Below are positions 10,685 to 21,003 of a stretch of DNA of 64,000 nucleotides, one piece after another. Where the stretch lies: positions 26,075-90,074 of the forward strand of contig JAZQYO010000030.1 in NCBI GenBank assembly GCA_045633565.1. The letters run 5' to 3'. Numbering within the stretch: position 1 is the first letter of the stretch; every line of letters starts with the position of its first letter. Below the pieces are notes generated by a model. It was not told where the DNA came from. It saw only the letters and a list, made by a program, of their open reading frames with translations, and ran no database searches. The position numbers were made by a program, and so were the translations under genes. Origin of the DNA: Clostridia bacterium. GTDB taxonomy: Bacteria; Bacillota; Clostridia; RUG12999.

Positions 10685-12160
10685 ATGATGAATTATAAAA
10701 GTACAAGAGGCAAAGCGGCAGAGGTAGAAGCTGCTCAGGCAATAGTTAAAGGGATTGCTGAGGACGGCGGTCTTTTTGTGCCCGAAACTATTCCGGCGAT
10801 ATCAAAGGCGGATTTTGATGCCATGATTAATGAGGATTACCGCACAAGAGCCGAGAAAATTTTTGCAATGTATCTGACAGATTTTACCGCAGAGGAAATA
10901 AAAGACTGCGTAAATAAAGCATACAGCATAGAAAAATTCGGTTCTGACAATGCTGCTCCTATACATAAACTTGATGACGATAAATATATTCTTGAGCTTT
11001 GGCACGGACCTACCTGTGCATTTAAAGATATGGCACTTCAGATTTTGCCCCATCTTCTGACAAAATCAATGAAAAAAACAGGTGTGGACAAAGAGGTTGT
11101 TATTCTTGTTGCAACATCCGGTGATACCGGTAAAGCGGCTCTTGAGGGTTTCTGCGATGTTGAGGGAACAAAAATCATGGTATTTTTCCCCAACGATGGT
11201 GTAAGTAATATCCAGAAACTTCAGATGGTTACACAAAAAGGCGAAAATGTTAACGTTATGAGCGTTTTTGGTAACTTTGACGATGCGCAAAACGGCGTTA
11301 AACAGATTTTCGGTGACAAGGATTTTGCAGAAAAAATTGCCGAAAAAGGCTATCAGCTTTCTTCTGCAAACTCCATTAACTGGGGCAGACTTCTGCCACA
11401 GATTGTTTACTATGTTTCTGCATATTGCGACATGGTAAAAATGGGGGACATCAGTTTTGGTGAAAAGGTAAATGTTTGTGTGCCTACGGGCAACTTCGGT
11501 AACATTTTAGCGGCATGGTATGCAAAAGCTATGGGTCTGCCGATTGGTAAACTCATCTGTGCATCAAATGAAAATAATGTACTTACTGATTTTATAAATG
11601 ACGGCATATACGACAGAAACAGAAACTTTAAAACAACAATTTCACCGTCTATGGATATTCTCATTTCCTCTAACCTTGAAAGACTTTTATATAACCTTTC
11701 TGATGCTGAGACTGTTGCAGGGTACATGCAACAGCTTAAAGAAACCGGAAAATATGAGGTTTCTTCAGAGATTAGAAAAGCAGTTTCAGATTTGTTTGAA
11801 GCAGGATATGTAGACGACAAGCAGACAAAGGCTGAAATTAAAAAGATTTGGGAAAAATACGGCTATCTTATTGATACACATACGGCAGTTGCAGTTGCTG
11901 TTAATGAAAAATTGTCAGACGGCACAAAAACAATTATTGCGTCAACAGCAAATCCGTTTAAGTTTAACGGAAGTGTGTATGAGGCACTAAGTGGCAATGC
12001 AGACATAGCAGACGAATTTGAAATTTTAGACAGGCTTTCAGCAATGACTGAAAATGAGGTTCCGGCGTCTTTAGCAGAACTTAAAACAAAAGCGTCTCGC
12101 TTTAATTCCTGTTGCAAAAAAGAAGATATGGAAAACTGTGTTGCAGAGTTTTTAGCTTAA
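10685..12160 (+). CDS. thrC: Threonine synthase
   Basis: LELWHGPTCAFKD (PLP lysine), ATSGDTG, SANSINWGR, VPTGNFGN, SPSMDILISSNLER; ATG after GAGGT at 10685. Confidence 0.95.
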   Translation: MMNYKSTRGKAAEVEAAQAIVKGIAEDGGLFVPETIPAISKADFDAMINEDYRTRAEKIFAMYLTDFTAEEIKDCVNKAYSIEKFGSDNAAPIHKLDDDKYILELWHGPTCAFKDMALQILPHLLTKSMKKTGVDKEVVILVATSGDTGKAALEGFCDVEGTKIMVFFPNDGVSNIQKLQMVTQKGENVNVMSVFGNFDDAQNGVKQIFGDKDFAEKIAEKGYQLSSANSINWGRLLPQIVYYVSAYCDMVKMGDISFGEKVNVCVPTGNFGNILAAWYAKAMGLPIGKLICASNENNVLTDFINDGIYDRNRNFKTTISPSMDILISSNLERLLYNLSDAETVAGYMQQLKETGKYEVSSEIRKAVSDLFEAGYVDDKQTKAEIKKIWEKYGYLIDTHTAVAVAVNEKLSDGTKTIIASTANPFKFNGSVYEALSGNADIADEFEILDRLSAMTENEVPASLAELKTKASRFNSCCKKEDMENCVAEFLA

Positions 12161-12162
12161 AG

Positions 12163-12202
12163 AATAACTGCTCCGGAAGGAATCCCAGCCGGAGCAGTAT
12201 TT
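12163..12202. terminator. Bidirectional terminator between thrC and the DUF1540 gene
   Basis: ACTGCTCCGG...CCGGAGCAGT stem flanked by A/T runs. Confidence 0.7.
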
Positions 12203-12216
12203 ATACGGTCTGAGCG

Positions 12217-12390
12217 TCAGTCCTTAAGCTCAAAAGTGGAGCAGTTTGTTTCGCTTTTTTTAGTAGCGGACTGGCAGTCAACCTTAATCTGGCTTGCAGT
12301 ACAGCAGTTGTCGGTAGTATGGTAAGTGCAATTTGCAACACTGCAATAGATGCCGTCAAGTTTATCACGGCATGAGTTACAAGGTGACAT
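12217..12390 (-). CDS. Small Cys-rich DUF1540-type protein (57 aa), missing from the ORF track
   Basis: Hand translation MSPCNSCRDKLDGIYCSVANCTYHTTDNCCTASQIKVDCQSATKKSETNCSTFELKD; strong AAGGAGGT RBS; pattern C-x-V-x-NC-x-YH...C-x-A-x-x-I-x-V...ET-x-C-x-TF. Confidence 0.85.
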   Translation of the reverse strand: MSPCNSCRDKLDGIYCSVANCTYHTTDNCCTASQIKVDCQSATKKSETNCSTFELKD

Positions 12391-12437
12391 AAACTGTTAC
12401 CTCCTTAATAATAATACGCACCTTTAAAATGCAATGT

Positions 12438-12467
12438 TATAATTCCCGCAAAACCATCTGTTTATGC
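12438..12467 (-). promoter_or_regulatory. Possible forespore sigma-F/G-type promoter of the DUF1540 gene
   Basis: Minus strand GCATA-N15-GGGAATTATA resembles the B. subtilis sigma-F consensus (GYATA-N15-GGnrAnAnTw), one mismatch. Confidence 0.35.
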
Positions 12468-12526
12468 GTAGTTTTATGATTGAAATTTTTTGAATTTTTT
12501 TGGCTCAATAAGAAAGAGGTTGTTTT

Positions 12527-13222
12527 ATGGCACTGTACGCAATGGCTGATTTGCACTTAAGCCTTGGCATAAAGGACAAGCCAATGGATATTTTCGGTGC
12601 AGGCTGGCAGAATTATATGGAAAAAATTGAAAATTGCTGCAAATCAGTGCTGAATGAAAATGACGTGCTTTTACTTGCAGGTGACCTTTCGTGGGCAACC
12701 TATATGGAACAGGCGACTGCAGATTTTGAGTTTGTTGAAGCACTGCCCGGCAGGAAGATTATTTCCAAAGGGAATCATGACTACTGGTGGGATACGGTAA
12801 CAAAACTTAATAAATATAAAAATGAAAAAGGTTTTGAAAGGGTGGAGTTTCTTCATAACAACTTTTTTGTTTATGAGGACTACGCAATCTGCGGCAGTCG
12901 CGGATGGATATATTCTTCCTCTCAGGAGGATATAAAGATTTATGACAGAGAACTTTCGCGGCTTGTTCTGTCGCTTGAGGCAGCGGAAAAAGCCGGTTAC
13001 AATAAAAAAATTGTGATGACACATTTTCCGCCACTTGTAGCACTGGAAGCAGGTGATGGGAGGATGATAGACATAATGAAAAAATATGGCGTGGAGCAGT
13101 GTGTTTACGGTCATCTTCATAATATAAACCCAAACGAAAATCATACAACAACCATAAGCGGAATTAAATTTCGTCTTGTAGCGGCAGATTATCTTGAATT
13201 TAACCCTGTAAGGATTCTATAA
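12527..13222 (+). CDS. Calcineurin-like metallophosphoesterase
   Basis: ADLHLS, AGDLSW, KGNHDYWW, THFPP, YGHLH metal-binding motifs. Confidence 0.9.
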   Translation: MALYAMADLHLSLGIKDKPMDIFGAGWQNYMEKIENCCKSVLNENDVLLLAGDLSWATYMEQATADFEFVEALPGRKIISKGNHDYWWDTVTKLNKYKNEKGFERVEFLHNNFFVYEDYAICGSRGWIYSSSQEDIKIYDRELSRLVLSLEAAEKAGYNKKIVMTHFPPLVALEAGDGRMIDIMKKYGVEQCVYGHLHNINPNENHTTTISGIKFRLVAADYLEFNPVRIL

Positions 13223-13241
13223 CTATCGGAGGAACTTGAAA

Positions 13242-13775
13242 ATGAAGAAAATACCGAATATTCTGACGGTCATCAGACTGCTGATGGTACCGCTTTTTTG
13301 GTGGATGTACTTCCGCAATCCTACTTATGGCGGAATAGTTTTCATTGCGGCCTGTCTGACCGATGTTGTAGACGGATTTCTTGCCAGAAAACTTGATGCA
13401 ATTACAAAATTTGGTATGCTGGCAGACCCGCTTGCAGATAAACTGATGCAAATCAGTGCGGTCACATGTCTGTTTATTTCGGGGATTTTCCCACAGTGGA
13501 TTGTGACGGTACTTATAATGAAAGAGCTTATTATGATTATAAGTGCATCGTTCCTGTTTAAAAAAGACATTGTGATACCTGCTAACAAAGTGGGCAAAGG
13601 TGCAACGGTGCTACTGTCTGTCATGGTAGTTTATTTTATGTTCTTTAGTGACGTAAGCCCCAAATCAAGTGAGATTATTTCCGTATTTCTCGGAATAATT
13701 GCATTTTTTGTTCTTGTTTCCTATCTGCTTTTGATGATAAAAAATTTAGTGAAGAAAAATGAGGGACAACGATAG
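13242..13775 (+). CDS. pgsA: CDP-alcohol phosphatidyltransferase (PgsA-like)
   Basis: PNILTVIR, TDVVDGFLARKLDAITKFGMLADPLADK signature; hydrophobic helices. Confidence 0.85.
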   Translation: MKKIPNILTVIRLLMVPLFWWMYFRNPTYGGIVFIAACLTDVVDGFLARKLDAITKFGMLADPLADKLMQISAVTCLFISGIFPQWIVTVLIMKELIMIISASFLFKKDIVIPANKVGKGATVLLSVMVVYFMFFSDVSPKSSEIISVFLGIIAFFVLVSYLLLMIKNLVKKNEGQR

Positions 13776-13783
13776 TTGTCCCT

Positions 13784-14770
13784 TTAGTTTTGCAATTTAT
13801 AGTTTACTCCTTCGGTAGCGATTACGCCGCCGTCTTTTTTTATTATAATCGCGTCTACGTTATGTGCCCCGGCTATTTCCATGCCTTTTTCACTTCCTAC
13901 CGCAAAAATTGCAGTGGAAAGGGCATCAGCAAGTGTTCCGTCCGGTGAAATTACGGTTGCGGAAGCAACATCACTATCAGTAGGATAGCCTGTTTTTGGC
14001 GAAAGAATATGGTGATAAACTTTCCCTTCATGCTCAAAATACCTTTGATATCCACCGGATGTTATGATGTTGGTATTTTGGGCATCAACGGTCAGATAAA
14101 TCTCGCCCGGAGAAAAAGGATTTACAATGCCAACCGTCCAGGGTTTTCCGTTTTTAGAGCCTATGAGACACACGTTTCCACCTAAGTTTACAATTCCGCT
14201 TTTGATTCCGTATGTGCTTGTAATTTCACGCACCTTGTCTGCAGCAAAACCTTTTAAAACTCCGCCAAAATCAACCGAAACTTCGGTTTTTGTAAGTGTG
14301 TTTCCGTTAAGCTTTAGTTTATTGTACCCGGTTTTTTCAAGTGCCGGGAGAATATCATCATCCTGAGGGGGAGTGGATGCATTTTTCACATCCCATAAAT
14401 CGGACAGAGCCGACAGAGTTATATCAAAAGCGCCGTCGGTAGATTTGCTGATTTTCAGGCACCGACCGATTAAATCCGCCATTTCAACTGTCACAGACAT
14501 TGTTTCGCCCGGAGAAAGACTGTTAAAAGCAGAGATGCCGGAACTTTGGTATTTACTGTATGTTTTTTCCATGCCGGACAGAGCAGAAGCAATTTCATCT
14601 GCTGCAACATCTGAATTTTTTCCGGATATAGATATGTCTGCAACGGTATCAAAAACAAAAAGAGTGCGCTCGGTGTTTCTTGGGCTGTTTGTAAGCAGAA
14701 AAGTAAAAACTACTATTGCGGCAAAAACCAAAATTGAAATTATGCGGATGTTTTTTGTCAAAAAATTCAT
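13784..14770 (-). CDS. apbE: FAD:protein FMN transferase (ApbE family)
   Basis: GAFDITL, DFGGVLKG, VNLGGN, ITSGGYQRYF, YHHILSPKTGYP, ADALSTA; N-terminal membrane anchor. Confidence 0.92.
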   Translation of the reverse strand: MNFLTKNIRIISILVFAAIVVFTFLLTNSPRNTERTLFVFDTVADISISGKNSDVAADEIASALSGMEKTYSKYQSSGISAFNSLSPGETMSVTVEMADLIGRCLKISKSTDGAFDITLSALSDLWDVKNASTPPQDDDILPALEKTGYNKLKLNGNTLTKTEVSVDFGGVLKGFAADKVREITSTYGIKSGIVNLGGNVCLIGSKNGKPWTVGIVNPFSPGEIYLTVDAQNTNIITSGGYQRYFEHEGKVYHHILSPKTGYPTDSDVASATVISPDGTLADALSTAIFAVGSEKGMEIAGAHNVDAIIIKKDGGVIATEGVNYKLQN

Positions 14771-15729
14771 AATTCACACCATCCGTCCAGAATGAATTTA
14801 ACTTCAGAGAGAGTGCATGCACGGGTAAGTTCATTTTTCAGCTTTGATGCGCCACGCAAACCTTTGACATACCATGAAAGATGCGCACGGGCTTGCCTTA
14901 TACCATTTTGCTCACCTGCATATTCGGCGAGCTTTGAAGCATGATAATATGCCATTTCAAGCCGCTTTTTGGTTGACGGTGGAGCGTAGGGCGTGCCGGA
15001 AATGGCATGGTTACACTCATCAATCAGCCAGGGGTTGCCAAGCATTCCACGGGCGACCATAACATAATCACAACCCGTTTCATTCAGCATATTTACTGCA
15101 TCCTCACCGCAGAAAATATCACCATTTCCAATGACAGGGACTTTAACCGCCTTTTTAACCTCGCTGATAATAGTCCAATCGGCTTTTCCGCTGTAATATT
15201 GCTCACGTGTTCTGCCGTGAACGGCTATCATATCACACCCATTTATCTCTAAGATTTTTGCAACCTCTATAGCATTGATGGTATATGCAGTAAAACCTGA
15301 ACGGATTTTAGCCGTAACAGGCAAATTTACCGATTTTTTAACGGCAGACATAATTTCACCGATAAGCTTTGGGTTTTTGAGTAGTGCCGACCCTTCGCAG
15401 TTGCTGACAATTTTCGGAACGGGACAGCCCATATTTATGTCAATAAAAGCGGCATCTGTCTGCTCTGAAACAATTCTTGCGGCTTCTGCCATAATATCAG
15501 GCTCACTGCCGAAAATCTGAATGCCGACAGGCTGCTCACACGGGTCAATATTTGTAAGCCGATAGGTCTTTTTATCATTATAGCAAAGCGCTTTCGCACT
15601 TACCATTTCGGTATACAAAAGCGCCGCACCAAACGATTTTAAAATTTTTCTGTAGGGCAGGTCGGTCACTCCTGCAAGAGGAGCAGCAAAAACCTTGCCT
15701 TTTATAGAATCAAAAAAATCAGTTTTCAT
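14767..15729 (-). CDS. dusB: tRNA-dihydrouridine synthase B
   Basis: [49 protein letters not shown]; likely ATG at 15729 overlapping the prfA end. Confidence 0.93.
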   Translation of the reverse strand: MKTDFFDSIKGKVFAAPLAGVTDLPYRKILKSFGAALLYTEMVSAKALCYNDKKTYRLTNIDPCEQPVGIQIFGSEPDIMAEAARIVSEQTDAAFIDINMGCPVPKIVSNCEGSALLKNPKLIGEIMSAVKKSVNLPVTAKIRSGFTAYTINAIEVAKILEINGCDMIAVHGRTREQYYSGKADWTIISEVKKAVKVPVIGNGDIFCGEDAVNMLNETGCDYVMVARGMLGNPWLIDECNHAISGTPYAPPSTKKRLEMAYYHASKLAEYAGEQNGIRQARAHLSWYVKGLRGASKLKNELTRACTLSEVKFILDGWCEL

Positions 15730-16789
15730 TGTTTTTGAGTTTTTCGCTCTGATCTGCAGCTGTAAGTGCCTCAATCAGCTCGGTAATATCTCCGTTTAAT
15801 ATTTGTTCAAGCTTGTGCAGGGTGAGCCCGATGCGGTGGTCGGTAACACGTCCCTGAGGATAGTTATATGTTCTTATTCGTTCGCTCCGGTCACCTGTAC
15901 CTACCTGGGATTTTCTCTCGCTTGCAAGCTCTTCGAACTTTTTGCGTTCCTGTTCTTCATAAAGCTTGGTGCGGAGGACTTTCATTGCCGCATCCTTATT
16001 CTGATGCTGGCTTCGCTCCGACTGGCAGGCAACCACTATGCCTGTGGGAATGTGAGTAATACGAACAGCAGATTCTGTCTTATTAACGTGCTGACCGCCT
16101 GCACCGCTTGCACGGTAAACGTCAATCCTGAGGTCTGCAGGGTTGATTTCAATATCAACATTTTCGTCAGCTTCAGGGAGAACCGCAACCGTAACGGTAG
16201 AGGTGTGAATACGGCCGGAGGACTCGGTGTCGGGAACACGCTGAACACGGTGAACGCCGCTTTCAAATTTAAGCTTACTGTATGCGCCCCTGCCCGAAAC
16301 CTGGAAAACAACTTCCTTAAAACCACCAAGACCTGTTTCGTTACAGTCGAGCAGCTCGGTTTTAAAACGGTTTGATTCGGCATACATAGAGTACATTCTG
16401 TAAAGCACATACGCAAAGAGTGCTGCCTCGTCTCCACCTGCGCCGGCACGTATTTCCATAATAACGTTTTTTTCGTCGTTGGGGTCTTTGGGAAGAAGCA
16501 GGATTTTCAGATTGTTTTCCGATTCTTCGATAATTTCTTTGGATTCCTCAATGGTGAGTTCAGCAAGTTCTTTAAGTTCCTTGTCGCCGCTTGCGATAAT
16601 TTCTTTTGCCTCAGCAATGTCCTCCTTTGCTTTTTTGTACTTTTTGTACTCCTCAACAATTGGGGTAATGTCTGAAAGTTCTTTGCAAAGTTTGCTCCAC
16701 AGAGCATTGTCAGCAATTACTTCAGGGTCACTTACGCTTTTGTTAAGCTCAGCAAATCGTCCTTCAATAAAGTCAAGTTTGTCAAACAT
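15719..16789 (-). CDS. prfA: Peptide chain release factor 1
   Basis: GAGGQHVNK (GGQ), RVPDTE (PxT motif of RF1), [17 protein letters not shown]. Confidence 0.98.
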   Translation of the reverse strand: MFDKLDFIEGRFAELNKSVSDPEVIADNALWSKLCKELSDITPIVEEYKKYKKAKEDIAEAKEIIASGDKELKELAELTIEESKEIIEESENNLKILLLPKDPNDEKNVIMEIRAGAGGDEAALFAYVLYRMYSMYAESNRFKTELLDCNETGLGGFKEVVFQVSGRGAYSKLKFESGVHRVQRVPDTESSGRIHTSTVTVAVLPEADENVDIEINPADLRIDVYRASGAGGQHVNKTESAVRITHIPTGIVVACQSERSQHQNKDAAMKVLRTKLYEEQERKKFEELASERKSQVGTGDRSERIRTYNYPQGRVTDHRIGLTLHKLEQILNGDITELIEALTAADQSEKLKNNEN

Positions 16790-17625
16790 CAGTTTCTCCT
16801 TTTTAATATGCCGGTGACTATGCGGTCAATTCCGGCAAGGTCCTTTTTAATTTTTATGTCAGTAAAATTATTTTCCATCATATTTGCAACTGCATCGCCC
16901 TGACCAATGCCAATCTCAAAAATTAGCATACCACCGCCTTTTAGATTTTTGGGTGCAATTTTTGAAATCCAGCGGTAAAATGAAAGTCCGTCACTTCCAC
17001 CGGCAAGTGCGGAGCGTGGTTCAAAATCTGCAACATCAGGCGGTAGGGTGAGCATGTCCGCATCGGTTATATATGGCGGATTTGAAGTTAAAATGTCAAA
17101 ACTTCCAAAAAAATCTTTATTTAGAATATCACATACTTCAAATGATACTTTTCCGTCAAGACCGTGCTTTATTGCATTCTCCTGCGCGATGGATATCGCA
17201 CCTTCAGAAATATCAACGCCGTGTGCATGAATAGTTGCATTTTTTGCTGCAGCAATAGGAATACAACCACTGCCGGTACATAAATCTAGAAGCTTATCTT
17301 TGCCTGAAGAAAGAATTTCCTCAACAATCATTTCGGTCTCGGGACGGGGAATAAGAGTATGCTCATTTACCTTAAAAGAAAGCCCAAAAAATTCTTTTTC
17401 GCCCGTAATATAGGCGATAGGCTTATGCTGAGCACGCATCAAAACACAGCTTTCAAAAAGTTTTTCTTTGTCTTCATCAACTTGTTTATCCATATAAAGA
17501 ATAACGTCCGAAATGCTGACTTTCAAAGTATGAGCAAGCAGAATTCTTGCCTCGCTCCGAGGATTGTCAGCAACATCTTTCAGTTTATCGGCACCCTGAA
17601 AAATCAGGTCTTTGATTTTTACCAT
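16789..17625 (-). CDS. prmC: Release factor glutamine methyltransferase
   Basis: [24 protein letters not shown]; immediately upstream of prfA. Confidence 0.95.
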   Translation of the reverse strand: MVKIKDLIFQGADKLKDVADNPRSEARILLAHTLKVSISDVILYMDKQVDEDKEKLFESCVLMRAQHKPIAYITGEKEFFGLSFKVNEHTLIPRPETEMIVEEILSSGKDKLLDLCTGSGCIPIAAAKNATIHAHGVDISEGAISIAQENAIKHGLDGKVSFEVCDILNKDFFGSFDILTSNPPYITDADMLTLPPDVADFEPRSALAGGSDGLSFYRWISKIAPKNLKGGGMLIFEIGIGQGDAVANMMENNFTDIKIKKDLAGIDRIVTGILKRRN

Positions 17626-18563
17626 GTGGCATCCTCTTTATTTTCGGGAATAACCTCTTTCATAGAGGCAATAGCAACTTCAATCTGCTCGTCGTCCGGC
17701 TCACGAGTGGTTATTTTCTGCAACCAAAGTCCCGGTTTTGTAAGCAGTGCTACGCATTTATTATTTGACCTGCCCGAGAACTTGAGAAACTCATAAGTGA
17801 TACCCGCAATAACCGGAAGCATAAGGAGTTTCAGACCAATTCTGATGAGAAGGCTGTCCCAGGAAATAACAGAGAAAGCAAGTATGCTGATTATCATTAC
17901 TTCAATTAAAAATGCGGTTCCGCATCTGGGGTGAAGTCTGGGTTGTGCTTTTACATTTTCAACGGTAAGTTCAAGCCCCTTTTCATAGCAGAAAATGGTT
18001 TTGTGTTCGGCGCCGTGATATTCAAAAACACGACGTATATCCTTTGCAAGGGAAGCAAGGTAAATATAAACCACAAAAATTACCATACGCACCACGCCTT
18101 CAATAAGGCTTTTTATAATATGGTTCTGGATAAATAAAGTGGCATATTTTGTTATGAAAGCAGGGAGAAGAACAAACAGTCCAACTGATAAAAACAGTGC
18201 AAGGACAAGTGAAACATAAACAACCGCATCCTTGCTGATGTGTTTTTCCAGCCAGGCGTCAAATTTTGACGGTTTGTATGTCGGGTCCTCCTCGCCCATA
18301 TCGTAAAGCTCCGCAGAGAACATAAGAGTTCTTATACCTAAAACCATAGACTCGACAAAGTTTACAACTCCTCGGATGATGGGAAGTTTTAAAATTTTAT
18401 ATTTTTTTGTTACCGATGCTACAGGCTTTTTGTCAACAACAATTTCGCCACTAGATTTTCTGACGGCGACAGCCATGTTATCGGGACCTTTCATCATAAC
18501 ACCTTCAAGTACAGCCTGACCGCCAATACTTGTTTTAAATGGTTTATTTTTTTTCATTTTCAT
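17619..18563 (-). CDS. DUF1385 family membrane protein (predicted metal-dependent enzyme, YqhQ-like)
   Basis: IGGQAVLEGVMM, FEYHGAEHK, HPRCGT, TTREP; conserved position before prmC-prfA. Confidence 0.9.
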   Translation of the reverse strand: MKMKKNKPFKTSIGGQAVLEGVMMKGPDNMAVAVRKSSGEIVVDKKPVASVTKKYKILKLPIIRGVVNFVESMVLGIRTLMFSAELYDMGEEDPTYKPSKFDAWLEKHISKDAVVYVSLVLALFLSVGLFVLLPAFITKYATLFIQNHIIKSLIEGVVRMVIFVVYIYLASLAKDIRRVFEYHGAEHKTIFCYEKGLELTVENVKAQPRLHPRCGTAFLIEVMIISILAFSVISWDSLLIRIGLKLLMLPVIAGITYEFLKFSGRSNNKCVALLTKPGLWLQKITTREPDDEQIEVAIASMKEVIPENKEDATW

Positions 18564-19441
18564 TCTGCCTTTCGGTCGGGATTTTCGGCAGTCTGTTCTG
18601 CCGTGAGATTTTTCGAGTTTTTTCTGTATTTAAGCGGAGTTAAATTCTCCAGTCGTTTGAATGCATCGTTAAAACGCTGCTGACTTAAAAAACCAACCTT
18701 AAGAGCAATGTCGTTGATTTTCATATCGGTTGAAGCAAGCAGCTCCTTGGCACGGTTTATCCGCACCTGAAGAATAAAGTTTTTGGGACTTATACCAAAC
18801 CGGGCCTTAAAACAGTGGGAAAGATAGCTTTCACTCAGATAAACGTGGGTGGCAAGCTCACTGAGGCTTATGTGTTTGTGATAATTTTCGGTAATATAAT
18901 CCCTGGCACGCATCATTGCGTCATTAATACCTTTTTCGCCGGAAAAACCTGACGATGAGAGAATTTCTCTCGACAGATATACAAGCATTTCAAGAAGCAA
19001 AAGGTAGGCAAGAAAATCGTCCCATTTTTCGCGGTTCTGTCTTGCCCAGACAATGCGTTTTAAAGCATTTAAAACAGCGTTCTTGGGCCCGGGAGTGAGC
19101 ACCATGTGCGGTCTTTGCTGAAGCTCGCTGATAATGTCTGCAAGCTCAGCAATGTCTGAAGGGAGATTCTCTGAAATATCTACCGTAAAACTCAGCACAA
19201 AAAATTCGCAGGCGCCGGAGGTAACGGTGAATTTGTGAGGCTGATGGGGCTTTATTATAACAATATTGTGAGGAAAAAGAGAAACTGTTTCCTCAGAAGT
19301 TTCAAAGTCGGCATTTCCTCTTTTTAAGTAAACAAGCTCAAAATGGTCATGCTCATGACCGGAGGATGACCAGCCTGCATCATGGGTTTTGACAAGAGAA
19401 ACAACATTCAGCGGAAATGCGGAAATATTTGAACTGTCCAT
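18560..19441 (-). CDS. AraC/XylS family regulator with N-terminal cupin domain
   Basis: HEHDHFELVY cupin motif; C-terminal double HTH (LSESYLSHCFK...GF.SQQRFNDAFK..TPLKYR). Confidence 0.92.
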   Translation of the reverse strand: MDSSNISAFPLNVVSLVKTHDAGWSSSGHEHDHFELVYLKRGNADFETSEETVSLFPHNIVIIKPHQPHKFTVTSGACEFFVLSFTVDISENLPSDIAELADIISELQQRPHMVLTPGPKNAVLNALKRIVWARQNREKWDDFLAYLLLLEMLVYLSREILSSSGFSGEKGINDAMMRARDYITENYHKHISLSELATHVYLSESYLSHCFKARFGISPKNFILQVRINRAKELLASTDMKINDIALKVGFLSQQRFNDAFKRLENLTPLKYRKNSKNLTAEQTAENPDRKAE

Positions 19442-19453
19442 AAAAAATCCTTT

Positions 19454-20890
19454 CTATTGGGCGGACGCATTTTTTGTTAAACTCAGAGGAAGATAATCTT
19501 CAACAGGGGAAGCTGAGTCGAGTGATTTCCACAGGAAATGGGCAATTCTTGTATGGTCTTCTGTTACGGATAATTTATGAGTATATGCATCACCAGACTC
19601 CAATTTTAAAGGCACAGGATCGTAAAAATTCATACGATTGTTCTGGTAAGCGGTAAAAATGCTTGTTACAATGTAATCAGAACCTGTAAGATTGCGAATG
19701 TGGATTGTTTTTGGCAGTTGGTCAAAGGAAGAAACATATACCCCCTTGTTTTTAAGAGCCAACACATATCTTGTCATATCAAAAAGATTTAGTAAACCAT
19801 ACCCAAACTCAGTGTCCCGACCTTCAATGGTAGGATTAAGGTCTTTGGCTGAATACCTAAGCGCATCTTTAAATTGAGCCGGAGTAATGTCAGGATAAAT
19901 CTGCTTTGCAATTGCCGCTGCAGCTGCAACCTGAGGAGCAGCAAAGGAAGTTCCGCCTGAATCCCTTATTCCTCCTGTATAATTTAAAACAGGAATTCCG
20001 TCTGCCGGAGCGGAAATAAAAACACTTTCGTTTACAACGGAAGTCTCTGCCCTGGTGATAGTCCTGGTTACCGAAGCAACGCTTACGGCACCCTCGCAGC
20101 CTGCAGGATACCTGACGTGGTTACCGGGGTCGGAAAGGGTGTTGTTACCTGCGGCACAAACTACAATACAACCAAGGTTGGTTGCAGTTTTTACTGCCTC
20201 ATCAAGACTGTCAAGTTTAGTGCCGCCACCTAAGCTGATGTTTAAAACGTCACAGCCATAGCGGGCACCGGCGTTTATTGCAGTTATAACAGCGGCCAAC
20301 TCTATGACGCCCGATTTGTTTTCCACTTTCATAGGAAGTATCTTAACTTTGTCTGCAATGCCGGCAATGCCAAAAGAGTTATTTCTTTTTGCAGCAATTA
20401 CACCGGCAACCATTGTACCGTGACCTCTTGAATCGGTGGTATCTGTAAAACTCTCGTCATCAGAAGACACACCAAAATTAACACCTTCCTCAACACGAGA
20501 GTAGTCAATATCCGGATGGTTTGGTGCAAGCCCTGAATCAATAATGCCCACAAGAACATCGTTGCCAAAAAGCCCCAACGACCAGGGATAGCCTGCGTTA
20601 ATCATTGGGAGGTTCCACTGAGATGAATAATAGGTGTCATTTGGAGTGGTATCGTAATAGGTCATCTCAATATTTTCGTCGCAAATATCAAGATAGCCTG
20701 CCTCCTTTAAAGCGAGAGCTTTTTCGGCAGACACAAGATACATACCTGCTCCAAGGAATTCGCTATCATCGTCATAATACATAAATGCAGGTGCATCTTC
20801 GCGATATTTAATGATATATTCGCCCTCTGCCGCATTTGTGACAATGAAAAGTGCAAATATAAAAGTTATTATGCAAAATATTTTTTTCAT
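19454..20890 (-). CDS. Secreted S8 (subtilisin-like) serine peptidase with a C-terminal extension
   Basis: Signal peptide MKKIF...TNA; triad VGIIDSG, HGTMVAG, GTSFAAPQV; oxyanion AAGN. Confidence 0.92.
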   Translation of the reverse strand: MKKIFCIITFIFALFIVTNAAEGEYIIKYREDAPAFMYYDDDSEFLGAGMYLVSAEKALALKEAGYLDICDENIEMTYYDTTPNDTYYSSQWNLPMINAGYPWSLGLFGNDVLVGIIDSGLAPNHPDIDYSRVEEGVNFGVSSDDESFTDTTDSRGHGTMVAGVIAAKRNNSFGIAGIADKVKILPMKVENKSGVIELAAVITAINAGARYGCDVLNISLGGGTKLDSLDEAVKTATNLGCIVVCAAGNNTLSDPGNHVRYPAGCEGAVSVASVTRTITRAETSVVNESVFISAPADGIPVLNYTGGIRDSGGTSFAAPQVAAAAAIAKQIYPDITPAQFKDALRYSAKDLNPTIEGRDTEFGYGLLNLFDMTRYVLALKNKGVYVSSFDQLPKTIHIRNLTGSDYIVTSIFTAYQNNRMNFYDPVPLKLESGDAYTHKLSVTEDHTRIAHFLWKSLDSASPVEDYLPLSLTKNASAQ

Positions 20891-21003
20891 ATTAATCACC
20901 AATATATATTATATCATTATAAGTTATATTTTTCAATAGTAATTTTCGCTATTGATAATTGAAGCGGAATATGATAAAATACATAAAAAGAGGTGAGGCA
21001 AAT

